This document shows positions 26,716-40,341 of a DNA stretch of 64,000 bases, in pieces. Position numbers and translations under genes: made by a program. The DNA is from Octopus vulgaris (taxonomy: Eukaryota), in assembly GCA_951406725.2 (NCBI GenBank), contig OX597821.1, positions 2,170,001 to 2,234,000 on the forward strand, read 5' to 3'. Each line of letters begins with the position of its first letter. Positions within the stretch are counted from its first letter, which is position 1. Under the pieces are notes generated by a model, which saw only the letters and a program-made list of their open reading frames with translations, searched no databases and was not told where the DNA came from.

Positions 26716-27980
26716 GTTATTAGTATTACTTCTGTATTCTTACTGATTTTTTTAAAACCCGGAATTATGTTCCAGTAAAATTTTCAGAGCTTTTGAGACT
26801 AATGAGAGGGAAGAGAGAATTTATTTGATGAAGAATATACTGGGCCAAAAGTTTGCAAGTGTGTCGAATTCAAAGAATGACCCAGAACCACTGGGTAGCA
26901 GTGTTAAACCAGAGAGAATATTAAACGAATTCTTCTTCTTATGATTTTTATGTCCTCATCCATCCGAGAAACTTTTATCGAAAATGCGGTGGGAGACTGG
27001 ACGATGTGGTAAAAGTATTGTCTACCAATGGTGTAATTAAAATATAATTAGGAAACCAAAGATTAGAGCATATTTGCCATCAAGGATTAAATTGCTACGA
27101 CTTTTTTTTTACGGAGGAATGTGTTATCTTATGTAGAGAAACCTCCAGTAATTTTATCAATTTGGGCGTATTTTCTTGATGTTAGCTTCTAATGAAATGT
27201 GTTTAAAAACAAATTGCTATTGGGGTAGAAAACAGAATAGTTTAAACAAATACTGGTTTTGTTGCTGCCATTAGTTTATATTGTGTGGGGAAATCAGTAG
27301 AGCATCCGAAATATATTTTTGCTCCGGCTGTTCATGTTCCGATTTTAAATGCAACCGAGGTTAACTCTCCGTCCCAAATTCCCATGTTTGTCTTAACGAA
27401 ATTAGCACCGACCAAACACTAATATCAATGGCGTCAACGACATCACCCAAAATATATACACACACACATGTGTGTGTGTGTATGTGTATATATATGTATG
27501 TTTTAAATATTCTTCAGGACAAAAAGATGCAAGTTAATATATCAAAATAAAGGTTGATGATCTGTATTATCACCTGGTATTTCTTGGTAGATTTCTTGAT
27601 GGAAAGCTCCTAATTCTGAAATAATGAATAACAGGGTTATTGTAGTTACTATCAACCTGTAAAAATGCCAAAAGTATGATAATGCCGTTAAAAGATACGA
27701 AATCAACCTTAAAAAAGACCAATGACATTTTTCGATACACCACGTTTGAAAAACGGGAATTAAAATTTCATAGGGTTTCCTTTATTTTGTGAAACAATTA
27801 CAGAAAAGCTTGTATTGAGATTCAGAATAGTATTGTAGAAACGCATATAACTTCAGGCACAGCATTAACATACCAATGTAATAGTATTAAAATAAAGTTA
27901 CCTCAAATCTGCTCATCAAAAATTTAACAAAATAGTAGTCAATCAATTGAAATTTGCATCAAATTAATGAAAGTGCTGTT

Positions 27981-28154
27981 CTGTATTTAAGAGATGAGGA
28001 TTTAAGTACAGTATTTACATTATTTACATAAAACTTGTTTGTTGTTAACACAACGTTTCGGCTGATATACCTTCCATCCTTTTCCAGGTGTCTTGGGAGA
28101 AATTTCGAACCTGCGTTCTCATTCCTAGGGTATTTTTCGATGTTGTTGTTGTTG

Positions 28155-28204
<50 letters not shown>

Positions 28205-28214
28205 GTTGTTGTTG

Positions 28215-28251
<37 letters not shown>

Positions 28252-28440
28252 TGTTGTTGTTGTTGTTGTTATTATTATTATTATTATTGTTGTTGTTGTT
28301 GTTGTTGTTATTATTATTATTATTATCATTATTATTATTATTATTAATATTAATATTATTATTCAGGTCACTGCTTGGAATCGAACTCGAAATCTTAAGG
28401 TTAGTAGCCCACGCTCTTAAACCACGATGCCATATGCCCA
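27981..28440 (-). mobile_element. tRNA-headed SINE-like element with (AAT/AAC)n spacer and HHR-bearing tail
   Basis: Head ggcatatggcatcgtggtttaagagcgtgggctactaacc..gagttcgattcc (A and B boxes), microsatellite, tail with HHR at 28047-28092. Confidence 0.75.
28047..28092 (-). ncRNA. Minimal type I HHR, core degenerate
   Basis: GACAC-CUGGAAA-a-GGaUG..CAGCC-GAAACGUU/GUGUU; paralogous to 29053-29096. Confidence 0.5.
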
Positions 28441-28505
28441 CGGATATATGGCATAATAGTAATAATAATAACAACAACAGCAACAACAACAACAACAACA
28501 ACAAC

Positions 28506-28536
<31 letters not shown>

Positions 28537-28537
<1 letters not shown>

Positions 28538-28955
28538 GGCCAACAGACCAGATATAGTTGTCAGAGATCATGAAGAAAAAAATGCTTTCTAATTGATGTA
28601 TCAATACCGGCAGATGACAACGTGTCTCTAAAAGAAATGGAGAAACTCTCAAAATACAAAGACCTGGAAATAGAGGTAACTAGAATGTGGAACCTGAAAA
28701 CAGAAACAATTCCTATCATAGTAGGTGCATTAGGCATGATAAAAAATTATTCAGACAAATACGTAACAAAAACACCAGGACTTACAAACACATATAACAT
28801 ACAGAAAATTGCACTACTAGGCACTGCACACATCCTACGCAGAACACTTTCCATACAATATCCATCAGAGCATCACAACAAATCACAGCACATACCCAAG
28901 GCACACAGAGCTGCGCTCGGTAGTGAAGTGAAAGCACGCTATAAAAATAAAACTA

Positions 28956-28962
<7 letters not shown>
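28537..28962 (+). mobile_element. R4/Dong-clade non-LTR retrotransposon 3' end (restriction-like endonuclease) in (TAA)n
   Basis: ANRPDIVV..(frameshift)..LIDVSIPADDNVSLKEMEKLSKYKDLEIEVTRMW..IPIIVGALG..IQKIALLGTAHILRRTL; (TAA)n on both sides. Confidence 0.92.
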
Positions 28963-28996
<34 letters not shown>

Positions 28997-29000
28997 TAAT

Positions 29001-29147
29001 AACATTGAAAAATACTTTAGGAATGAGAACCCATGTTCGAAATTTCCCCAAAACACCTGAAGAAGGCTGTAGGGTATATTAGCCGAAATGTTGTGTGAAC
29101 AACAAACAAGATGAAGACAAATATCCGTCGAATGTAAATAACGTAAC
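29001..29147 (+). mobile_element. Inverted second copy of the HHR-bearing tail
   Basis: Reverse complement of about 28010-28145. Confidence 0.85.
29053..29096 (+). ncRNA. Minimal type I hammerhead ribozyme
   Basis: ACAC-CUGAAGA-a-GGCUG..UAGCC-GAAA-UGUU/GUGU. Confidence 0.65.
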
Positions 29148-29358
29148 GAAAGTGCTGTTAATACCAATGCCCATTTTAAATAAACTCTTTCTAATTTTTA
29201 TTTTTTAAGCTACTCATAAAAAAAAAATTCATTTTATTTTTTTTCTGCATATCTGTAGGTTATATAGTGAGGATATCCAACATGACATAAAACACGATTG
29301 TACTGAAACAAATATCTTATACTGAAACAAATATCAAGGTTCCCAATCAATAAGAATG

Positions 29359-29665
29359 TGGAGACGCAATGGTCCAGTGCTTAGTGCAGTGGACTCGCGG
29401 TCGGAGGATCGTGGTTTCGTTTCCCAGACCGGTCGTTGTGTGTGTTTTTTTAATGAAAACACCTAAAGATCCACAAGGCTCCGGCAGGGGGTGGTGGCGA
29501 CCCCTGTTATACCCTGTCGCCCCAACTTTCTCTCACTCTTTCTTCCTGTTTCTTGCTGCAATGGACTGGCGTCCCGTCCAGCTGGGGGGAACAAATACGA
29601 CACAGAAACCGGGCAACCGAGCCATTAGCCTGGTCAGGCTTGAAAAGGGCGCATCAATAAAAAAA
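29359..29665 (+). mobile_element. tRNA-derived SINE, family D, with TSD
   Basis: ggagacgcaatggtccagtgcttag head; A-rich tail; 15-bp TSD aatcaataa(g/c)aatgt at 29345-29359 and 29666-29680. Confidence 0.88.
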
Positions 29666-30394
29666 AATCAATAACAATGTAAATTGCATGTAATTTAATT
29701 TTGGAAATGTAATTTTCCTGTAGATTATTATTTTGATTTACCAGCTAACATATATCTTTCAACATGTTAATAAATGCTTGCGCATGTCGTTCCTTGCAGG
29801 AATGTTTAGCTACTGTATCTTAAAAACCTTAGATATGATTAATTTTTTCGTAAGTACTTTAGCTTCTTTTCTTCTACTTAACTTTTGTCCTAATTAGCGT
29901 ACTACCTCCAATAAATTACTAAATATAGGCACAATTTTTTTTCAAATACATCAAGTACGTTCAATTATATTTCTTAATGGCTTCTCTAGTGGTTTAATGA
30001 AGTCACCGGCGCATATATGTTACTTTAATGCGTTTAAAATGTCTCAGTAATTCTTAATCTGAAGATGTATTTCACCACAGGCTTCGTCAGTTTTATCTAT
30101 ATGAAATTTTATGCGACATAATGATTATCAGTTAAATATATCTTCATGCGACACGTCAGTTCACTACACATTTTTATTAAGATTGTAATGCACTTGAAAT
30201 ATTTTCCCGTATCTCTTAATTCTTTTCATGTCAGTTATTTCAATATATTCTTCTTCCTTCGGTTTGTGACATAAATCACTGTCTCTGTGTGTGTCTGATT
30301 TCATACTTGCTTTACAATTCTACGGCGTATTTCGTATTTTATTTTTTAAAATTTATGTATGTGTGTATATATATGTATGTGTGTATATATGTAT

Positions 30395-30444
<50 letters not shown>

Positions 30445-30477
30445 GTATATATATATACATATATACATATACATATA

Positions 30478-30533
<56 letters not shown>

Positions 30534-30975
30534 AATACATATATATATATATATATATATACACATACATACATACATATATATTATGTTTATCCAAGTG
30601 CATATTGTTATATATCAAAGATACACAAAATTAAGAGAGACTTTAAAACGTCTGGCTGACACTTCAACAATCCTTTGACGTTCGACACGGATCTTCGAGC
30701 TGTGATTAAATACAGTAACACTCACAGCCACCAGGACATTTTCCCTTTTAATTCTCTCAAGTATAACCCTCAAACAAATAATTTTCTACTATGGGCGTCT
30801 CCTCTGATCACTTAACTCTTTCTTTCCTGCGAGACATTTGCTGTATTTCATCCTGCAGAGATACGATCTTCCGCAAGGAATTAAAAGTGCTAAAACTACT
30901 CTGTACATCATGACGATAACCTTACATCTCCATCAGATGTTTGAAAGACGAATGAAAGAAGAACAATAAAACATT

Positions 30976-31037
30976 AGGCGTAGGAGTGGCTATGTGGTAA
31001 ATAGCTTGCTTACCAGCCACATGGTTCCGGGTTCAGT
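30976..31037 (+). mobile_element. Family A SINE head only
   Basis: ggcgtaggagtggctatgtggtaaatagcttgc...ggttccgggttcag. Confidence 0.85.
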
Positions 31038-31054
31038 ATCTCCCATATTATATG

Positions 31055-31092
<38 letters not shown>

Positions 31093-31567
31093 AAGAGAAG
31101 GGATATATAAATATATATATATATATATGTATAAATGACAGTATAAGTAGTCAAAATTAAGATGGAGTACGATTCGGCAGCTTTTTAATGGCCTCTACTA
31201 ATACGTTCTTAACGAATGCACCTCTGCATTTATATATTTAATCTAAGGTGTACCTTTTGAGAAAGATTTCACCTAGTGGGTAAATGTTATTTGCTTGCTA
31301 AACTAAAATCAGAAGCCAATTGGTCCCGGAAACTAGATGGTAAAATGTTTTTATTTTTTCATTTCATTCCTGGCGAATTTTATCCCTAATTTTGTGGTTA
31401 TAGAACCTAGCTGTTCTTTCTAGCGTGTTGAATCCCACGAGTGGATTCCTTAAGTGTTTAAATGTACACTGTATTTTATGACTAATACATAAACTTTGGA
31501 CTAAAATTTTACACGTTAGGCCACTGGGAATGAAACTTTCTGTTAAATTCCATCTCCCTGTGATATG

Positions 31568-31635
<68 letters not shown>

Positions 31636-31637
31636 CA

Positions 31638-31688
<51 letters not shown>

Positions 31689-31799
31689 ATATATATATAC
31701 ATATGTGTGTGTGTGTGTTATGGCTTAGAGTTAAGTCAAATGACTGAAATAAGTAACAAATATATATATATATAAAATACTATATATGTCAAAGAAGGA

Positions 31800-32055
31800 T
31801 ACATGTTCACTGCGCAGCCGTAGTCATGAGTTCATAAGACCAGTTTCCGGTTTACAGTGCCGTATTTCACCAATGACTACTTGGACGAGAAGTCGATTAG
31901 TCGCCGGTTCAGTCACAGGATTATCCATGGGTGAGTTGACTAAAACAATTGTGAAATAATGGTGTGTTTTGCTCAAGAATATAACACGTTACTCGGTCCA
32001 GGAATCGAAAACGCAAACCTACGAACGTGAGCGGAACACACTAACACCAAGTAAA
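31800..32055 (-). mobile_element. Degraded tRNA-derived SINE (family C-like)
   Basis: tttgctcaagaatataacacgttactcggtccaggaatcgaaa is the reverse complement of a B box plus gttxtxttcttgagcaa. Confidence 0.55.
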
Positions 32056-32203
32056 CACATCTATATACACATGCTTGAACAGATATTCATACACATATAT
32101 ATACATATAGATACATATATATACATACACAAGTTTGTGTCACTCTCTCTCCCTCTATATCTCTGTATATATATATATATATGTATATATATGTATATGT
32201 ATG

Positions 32204-32234
<31 letters not shown>

Positions 32235-32259
32235 ATGTATATATATATATATATATGTA

Positions 32260-32304
<45 letters not shown>

Positions 32305-32317
32305 ATGTATATATATA

Positions 32318-32374
<57 letters not shown>

Positions 32375-33035
32375 AAGCCAAGCGCCTCTAAATGCATATG
32401 CTTACACAGGCATAAATGCACATATACACATAAGCATATATATACTATATACACATATATGAGTGTATATATATATATGTGTGTGTGTGCGTGTCTCTGT
32501 ATGTATGTATGTATGTATGTAAGCTTAGCTCTATATTGTGTCGTTAGAACTGGCAAAATGCGGTGTTAATGTAATGTGTTGAATATATTGACGTTTCTAG
32601 TAATTATTAACGATATTACCGATATTAAATGTAGAGATATTGGTTACTCTTTCTCTCTGAATGTTAATCAAGAGTAATCTAACTACTTATCTAAATGGCT
32701 CAGAATAATCTTTCACCTGGTTAATGTAAAATTAAATCTATGTAATTTAATCCGCGCTTTTATTTAAGTGCTAAAGTGAGTATATAACTATATTGTAGCA
32801 TTATAGTGATAATTCAGAGCGAGGTTAATGAGGATGTGATTTTAAATGGGGAACAACTGCCAAGATGCAGAATATTATAACTAATATTATTGGCTAGTTG
32901 GTTTTAGTTTCCTCAGGACTCGTTCACAAGTATTCGGCCATTTCTTCTGAGCAATAAAACACAAACACACATGCACACACACATATATCCATGCATACGT
33001 ACGCATTGACATTGATACATATACATACACACACT

Positions 33036-33084
<49 letters not shown>

Positions 33085-33734
33085 ATATGTAAATATATAT
33101 ATATGTATGTATATGTATATATATGTATATATATATGTATGTACGTATGTGTGTGTGTATGTATGCATGTATGTGTTCACGTATTTCTACACTCGTGATA
33201 TCCAGAGCAACGTAAGCTGCAACGAACTTAAACAAATTTTAGTGGATCGCTCTTGATCGTAAAATCCAGAAGGAAATATCCTTAAATGCGATTTTACAGA
33301 ATCATGTTGTGGATTATATAGCCCCTATTTCAAAGACCATCAACCAATGTGAGTTTAAGAGATATTTCAGCGAAACTGATAAATATAGACTACGATTCAT
33401 TTATATTCATGTTAAATGCCGCATTTGCTGTGTTATAGCTATACGTTTCTGATGCAGTGTGGTCGAATTTCTGAGAATGATGCTTCGTAATTACAAGTAC
33501 CGTGTTTCTATTCCCTTGAGTGACATCTTGGGTATTTCTCATTTTCGTAGATCCTGGTCGACTCATACGTTATGAGTAAAATTATGTAGATGAAAACTAT
33601 ATAGAAGCCTAATGATTTGATTTGATTTGTAATCTAATGTAATGTCATGCTCTTCCATGTTCATCTGACGTGAGTAAATGTGACTTTGGAATACTCAGCC
33701 GTTTATACGCAAATTCAATGATGCCGGTAATTGA

Positions 33735-34131
33735 TGCAGGAGTGGCTGTGTGGTAAGTAGCACATGGTTCCGGGTTCAATCGCACTGCATGGCAACTTGG
33801 GCAAGTGTCGTCTACTATAGCCTCGGTCCGACCAAAGCCTTGTGAGTGGATTTGGTAGATGGAAACTGAAAGAAGCCCATCGTATATATGTATACATATA
33901 TGTATGTGTGTATGTTTGTGTGTCTATGTTTGTGCCCCCAACATCGCTTGACAACCGATGCTGGTATGTTTGCGTACCCGTAAATTAGTGGTTCGGTAAA
34001 AGAGACCGATAGAATAAGTACTAGGCTTACAAAGAATAAGTCCTTGGAACGATTTGCTCGACCAAAGGCGATGCTCCAGCATGGCCACAGTCAAATGACT
34101 GAAACAAGTAAAAGAGTAAAAAGAGAGTAAA
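33735..34131 (+). mobile_element. Family A SINE, near full length
   Basis: Colinear with 56440-56848. Confidence 0.93.
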
Positions 34132-34309
34132 ATGAGACCAAACAACTAATTATTCACAACTGAAAATTCAGACGGTTTTAGTCTTTGTATTTTTATTTAG
34201 CTCCATGTTTGTACCTAAAATTTGTTGAAAAGAGAAAAGGATTGATCCGGTAGGTGTTCGCGTGACTTTCTGGAAATAACAGTCGAATGTTCCACAACTT
34301 CTACATTAA

Positions 34310-34540
34310 AATCTTTTAAGGAATGGAAGCAAGTGCAACTTATATTTTATGGCTCCAGATGCAGTTCGCGAAACGATTGTGGCTGAGATGTTATAAGAAT
34401 TGGCTTTGCAAAGTGATTTTTGTTCAAAGTATGCGACAAGCTGTGCCATGCCTTCAAATGAGGCATTGAAGTATCCGAGAATTAAAACCTTTAATATTAC
34501 TCTCCGATTAATGCGATGCCCCCAAATATTACGCCTCAAA
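34310..34540 (-). pseudogene. LINE (RTE-like) AP-endonuclease fragment
   Basis: KVLILGYFNA...QLVAYFEQKSLCKANSY resembles IILGDFNA...RLVEFCEENNLCIANTF. Confidence 0.45.
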
Positions 34541-35545
34541 CAGAATAAAAAACTACTGCTCCAAACGGAATCAGAAACAGAACGTGTTTTTCTGAGAAAG
34601 ACAAAACTGAAAGCTTTTTTTTTCAGTACTAAGCATTAATAAATCTAATATCTTTGAATCATTCTGCAAATCCACCATTATTTATTACAAATGATAAACA
34701 GTTACAGTTAATTTTAACAGCTGTTCAAATCCACGATGAAAAAAGACAGCAATACACAAAACAATAATAATTGAAATAAGAGCAATGGCTATCCTGTCGC
34801 TCTTATTTCGTTTTATACTGCTCACATCTATTGTGATGCAGTATACTTTTATCATATCATATTCTTTATTTCGTCTCAACGACATTTTATTATTTATTTT
34901 TGACTTTATTATTCAATATTTAATGCGTATTTTCCCCCCAAATTTCATTTTCTCTACCCGATTCTCTCTTATTGTTGTTTTTTTTTCTGACGTACAAACA
35001 CTTTACAGCTTAACTTTCGACAACGCAAACACTTTTTCGTTCTGGTGAGACAGACGGTAGAACAGTAAGATAAATATTCTAGTTTTTCTTATCTTTTATT
35101 ATCATTATTTTTTAACAAGTCAACGAAACATTTTTTAATCTTTTTACACTTTTGCAAATTTTTGCGCTAAATTTTCAGTTACCAGCGCAAAAAAAAAAAA
35201 AGAAAAAATATGAAATAGTTTTCTCCAGTAAAAATCGAAAAAAAGTAATTTCCTGATCGAAAAGTGAAAGTTATATATATATATTTTTTTTAATGTGAAG
35301 GTTAAGCAGATTTAATGGCTTTAAATAACTGATCGTATTCAGCAATATATTTTACAAATGATGTTCAAAGGATGTTCAAATAGTCACACAACCTGTGATC
35401 TCTTCAGAGACACTCCATCCCACCTGTCTCCTCCCGAGAAATAGTAAAGTACTTAGTACCGCACTTTTATTCTTCTTTCACGTTATCTTCTCATATTCTA
35501 AGGTAGCCAGCTGGTTGAATCGTTAGCGCGCCGGATGAAACAACG

Positions 35546-35704
35546 GAATTCTTTCAGTTTTCGTCTACCAAATCCACTCTCAAGGCTTTGGTCGTCCCGA
35601 GGCTATAGTAGCAGACACTTGCCCAAGGTGCCAAGCAGTGGGACTGAACCCGGAACCATGTGGTTAGTAAGTAAGCTACTTACCACACAGCCAATCCTGC
35701 GCCT
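35546..35704 (-). mobile_element. Family A SINE, 5' half
   Basis: Reverse complement of head plus CORE-like region. Confidence 0.9.
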
Positions 35705-35849
35705 CATTGGTGAATTTTTTCTCTACTCGTTAAGCACCCTTGACTTTGATTAGATCCGAAATATAAAGAGCTGTAAGCACACGTTAAAAGCTATTTTGCT
35801 AGCTGTTCCGATCATCCGCCGTTTCTGAATGTGAAGTAATATGGACTTC

Positions 35850-36772
35850 AAATTTTGCCACAAGGCCAGCAATTCCGGGCGAGGGTTTAAGCCGAGTACA
35901 ACGGCTCCATTAATCCCCTAATAATTATTTTATCGATCCTAAAACGGTGAAAGGAATCTGAGTTGATATTCATTTCAAATTTTGTTACAAGGCCAGCAAT
36001 TTCGGTGGAAGCGTAAAGTCGATTGCATCGACCCCAGTATTTAACTGGTACTTATTTTATCGACTCCGAAAGGATATAAGGCAAAGTTGACCACAGGGGA
36101 ACTTCGACTCAGAAAGTAAAGACGGACAAAATGCCTTAAAGTATTTCGTCCGGCGTGCCAACGATTCTTTCAGCTCGCCGCTTTCCGATCTAAACTAATA
36201 TTATTTTCTACTGTGGGCACAAGGCCCGAAATTTCGGGGAGGGGGACCGTCAATTAGATCGACCCAATTACGCGATTGCTACTTAATTTATCGACCCTGT
36301 AAGGATGAATGGCAAAGTTGATCTCGGCGGAATTTGAACTCAGAACATAAAGACAGACGAAATACCTATTTCCTATTTCTTTACTAAAAAACAAAGGGCT
36401 AAACACAGAGGGGACGAACAAGGACAGACGAATGGATTACGTCGATTATATCGACCCCACTGCGTAACTGGTACTTACTTTATCGACCCCGAAAGGATGA
36501 AAGGCAAAATCGACCTCGGTGGAATTTGAACTCAGAATGTAGCGGCAGACGAAATACCTATTTCTTTATTACCCACAAGGGGCTAAACACAGAGGGGACA
36601 AACAAGGACAGACATAGGTATTAAGTCGATTACATCGACCCCAGTGCGTAACTGGTACTTAATTTATCGACCCCGAAAGGATGAAAGGCAAAGTCGACCT
36701 CGGCGGAATTTGAACTCACAACGTAACGCATACGAAATACCGCTAAGCATTTCGCCCGGCGTGCTAACGTTA
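35850..36772 (-). mobile_element. Cluster of family B SINEs including a head followed by three tandem bodies
   Basis: (g/t)acgaaatac recurs at 36356, 36548 and 36731; a separate copy with its head at about 36183. Confidence 0.9.
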
Positions 36773-37687
36773 ACCATAATCTGAACTTACATTGCGATAC
36801 AGTTTCAGATTTGAAATCGTAAATATTTCTTATTAGTGGATTAGAATAGGTAGTCGTAATTTATACATCACATGAAACTAATTTCATTTTGGAAAAGTTT
36901 AGAATTAACATCCTGGCAAAGAAACGACATAGAAGAGTAGAGGTGCATTAAATGTTGAAAACTTGAATTGTCGATGACGTAAGCCTAGAGGCATATTGTA
37001 AATTACATTAAACTATTTTCCATCAACTTTTTCTTAAATATTGTTACATCTTAACAAATATCTTATAGTTCTATATATCTATGCAGATAAAAGACAGTTA
37101 ATTTTTGGAAAATTATAATATTCATTGATATTCTCTATCAGAATAAACCAACATGAAAGAATATATACACTCTACTTTATATAGTTCACTAAATAATATA
37201 TAATTATTCTGAAACGTCGTACTTGTAAATAAATAAGAAGCCATAAAGGGGTACAAAATAATAAATATGTAGACATTTAAAAACATGTATTTTACAACTG
37301 AAATACTCATATCCGTCATTTGAATAAACCCCGCAATAAGAATAAATTCATGTCATTGCTTATATTTCACAAAATTATACGTAATTATTCTTGAACAATT
37401 TTCCAGTAAACAAACATGAAAGCTTCAAGGTAAGAGAAACATGTTTGCAGAAATGCATAAACATGTAGCTAACATGTGAAATATGACTGATGCCTTACAA
37501 GGTAAGCAAACTTATAAACTGTAGCGTGATGTGGGGCATCATGTATAATATAGCTCTTAATACAAGAATATGATTACATGTAACGAATAAGCATTAATTA
37601 AACCATTGTTGACTGATATCAGAATTATTGTTCTTAGCGTAAAGTGACATTCACCTATTTATTGAGTAATCGTTATATATATATATG

Positions 37688-37739
<52 letters not shown>

Positions 37740-38060
37740 GATAGATAGATAGATAGATAGATAAATAGATAAATAGATAGATAGATAGATGGATAGAAGA
37801 TAGATAGATAGGTAGATAGATAGATATATAGATAGACAGATAGAGACATATATACATACATACAAACACACACACACACACACACGCACACAGATATGGA
37901 GAGAATTCACAAGAAAAAAAACAAAAGACGAAGACAGATGGTGTAGACAATAAACAGATGTATTAGTATACGCTCGACGCTCTTCCACAGAAAGAAACAG
38001 TCTCTGAAAACGGAATACCCAGGAAATAAAGTATTAGTGGCTAGCGATCTATCATGGCGA

Positions 38061-38102
<42 letters not shown>

Positions 38103-38214
38103 CCTCCTTTCCTTTCCTGAGTGTCCAATAACACTACACATGTGCCAAGTCCTCGCGTTATTGTGTTTTCTCTTTGTTCATGTTTGGATTAACTATATTT
38201 ATATATATATATCT

Positions 38215-38573
38215 TCATTTTTTTCTTTTATTTGTTTCAGTTATTTGACTGCCCCCCTGCTGATGCACCGCCTTTAGTAGAACAAATCAATCCCAGGACT
38301 TATTCTTTGCAAGCCGAGTACTTGTTCTATCTGTTTCTTTTGTGGAACTGCTAAGTAACGGGAATGTAAACACACCAACATCGGTTGTCAAGCGATGGTG
38401 GGTGGACAAACACAGACACACAAAGATACACGCGCAAACACATATGTATATGTATATACGACTGGTTCTTTCAGTTCTCGTCTACCAAATCCTCTCACTA
38501 GGCTTTGGTCGGCGCGAGCATATAATAGAAACCACCTGCCCAAGGTGGCCACTCCTGTATATATATGTATATG

Positions 38574-38653
<80 letters not shown>

Positions 38654-38801
38654 TATATATATATACACGGTGGGCTTCTTCCATTTTCCGTTTAGCATAT
38701 TCACTCACAAGGCCCGAGGCTATAATAGGTGACACTTACCGAAGATGCTACGCTGGGAGACTGAACTCGGAACAAGTGGCTGGGAAGCAAGCTCCTTACC
38801 T
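38215..38801 (-). mobile_element. Family A SINE plus an additional degraded head
   Basis: Reverse-complement match at 38215-38556 and about 38666-38801. Confidence 0.85.
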
Positions 38802-39070
38802 AGTCTCTGAAAAGTGAATACCCAGAGTAGTGGCATGCTAGCCTATCACTTGGGATATACCAGAAACTGCGGTAAGATTTCAAATTCACCTTACCCTAAA
38901 TTATTTTAATTGACTTGAGATACACGTCCAGCCTTGGCTTTTCCTCTAGTGCATACTTTCTAACAAGCATCAATACACACACAGAGAAACACTCCCGCAC
39001 ACAAGCGCACATAAAACCCTCCCGTACATACATATATATATATATATATATACATAGAGAGAGAAAGAGG

Positions 39071-39111
<41 letters not shown>

Positions 39112-39210
39112 CAGATAAGTAGCTAGCTAGATAAATAGATAGATATATTGATAGATAGAGAGATAGATATACAGATAAATAGATAGATACATAGAATAGA
39201 TAGATACATA

Positions 39211-39251
<41 letters not shown>

Positions 39252-39520
39252 TGTGTACTGAATATAAATATGAAATTGTCTGAAGAGATCCATGTATGTT
39301 GATCACTTCGGAGAGCAATCCGTCTTGCTCAAGACAAATATTGAACGCTATATATCTTAATTGATCAATCATATTTAGAACTGTCAAACCAGATTATTTA
39401 TACGCGAATGGAAGAAGGAACCACATTGACATTTTCTCAGGACCCACAGAGCTTTCTGAATTTATATATTCAAATATGAATGCATTCTTGCCATTATGCA
39501 TAAATATGAAATAGGTATAT

Positions 39521-39576
<56 letters not shown>

Positions 39577-39989
39577 ATATGTGTGTATATATGTATATAT
39601 ATTTATATACATGTACATATATATATACAAATATACATATGTATACACACATATATATATACAAGTATGCATATATATATGCATATATATATATGTTTAT
39701 ATAGTCATGTATATCTGTATCTATATAATATGTGTATTTGTAGGTGTGAGTTGGTGTATGTTATTGTGCGTGCGTTCCACAGGTGTATGTGCGTGAGTGT
39801 AAGTTTATATGCGAATGGGAAAGAGGCGAAAGTTTTCGGTTAAACTTTTCCATTCACATAGTTACGTGATTATGGAAAAAATACAAATACGTAGAAGCCG
39901 TTTAGACAAATATATTCGCTTTTAGTTTGTTATATGCAGTCGAATATAGTATAATATAATGTACACATACATACACACAAGCACACACT

Positions 39990-40130
<141 letters not shown>

Positions 40131-40141
40131 ATATATATGTA

Positions 40142-40184
<43 letters not shown>

Positions 40185-40235
40185 CTATATATATATATCT
40201 GTCAATATAATATGTGACAAGTATCCGGTAGCCAT

Positions 40236-40296
40236 GATAAAACTCCGAGTTTCGTATGTCGGGGTGGAAACCCACGCCGGCATCTCTTCAGTTATC
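40236..40296 (-). ncRNA. Type I hammerhead ribozyme
   Basis: Minus strand: GAUAA-CUGAAGA-GAUGcCGGcGUGG guuu CCACcCCGaCAUaC-GAAACU-CGG-AGUU/UUAUC. Confidence 0.75.
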
Positions 40297-40341
40297 GGGC
40301 CATCGAAAAAAACAAATATATATATATACTTATATGTATGC

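Noticed and set aside
26788-26943. Possible exon after ttttcag with ~50 open codons
   Set aside because: No recognisable homology, weak polypyrimidine tract and no convincing donor
28365-28437. tRNA-Ser-like sequence (and the other SINE heads) as true tRNA genes
   Set aside because: Acceptor and anticodon stems do not pair properly and they continue into repeat bodies
35008-35050. 36-nt micro-exon candidate (ttacag...gtgaga); also aaggtaag donors near 37430 and 37500
   Set aside because: Splice-like motifs alone are not evidence; the segment ending near 37500 has stops in all three frames
36200-36772. CRISPR-like repeat array
   Set aside because: Eukaryotic context; the units are ~185-bp SINE bodies without unique spacers
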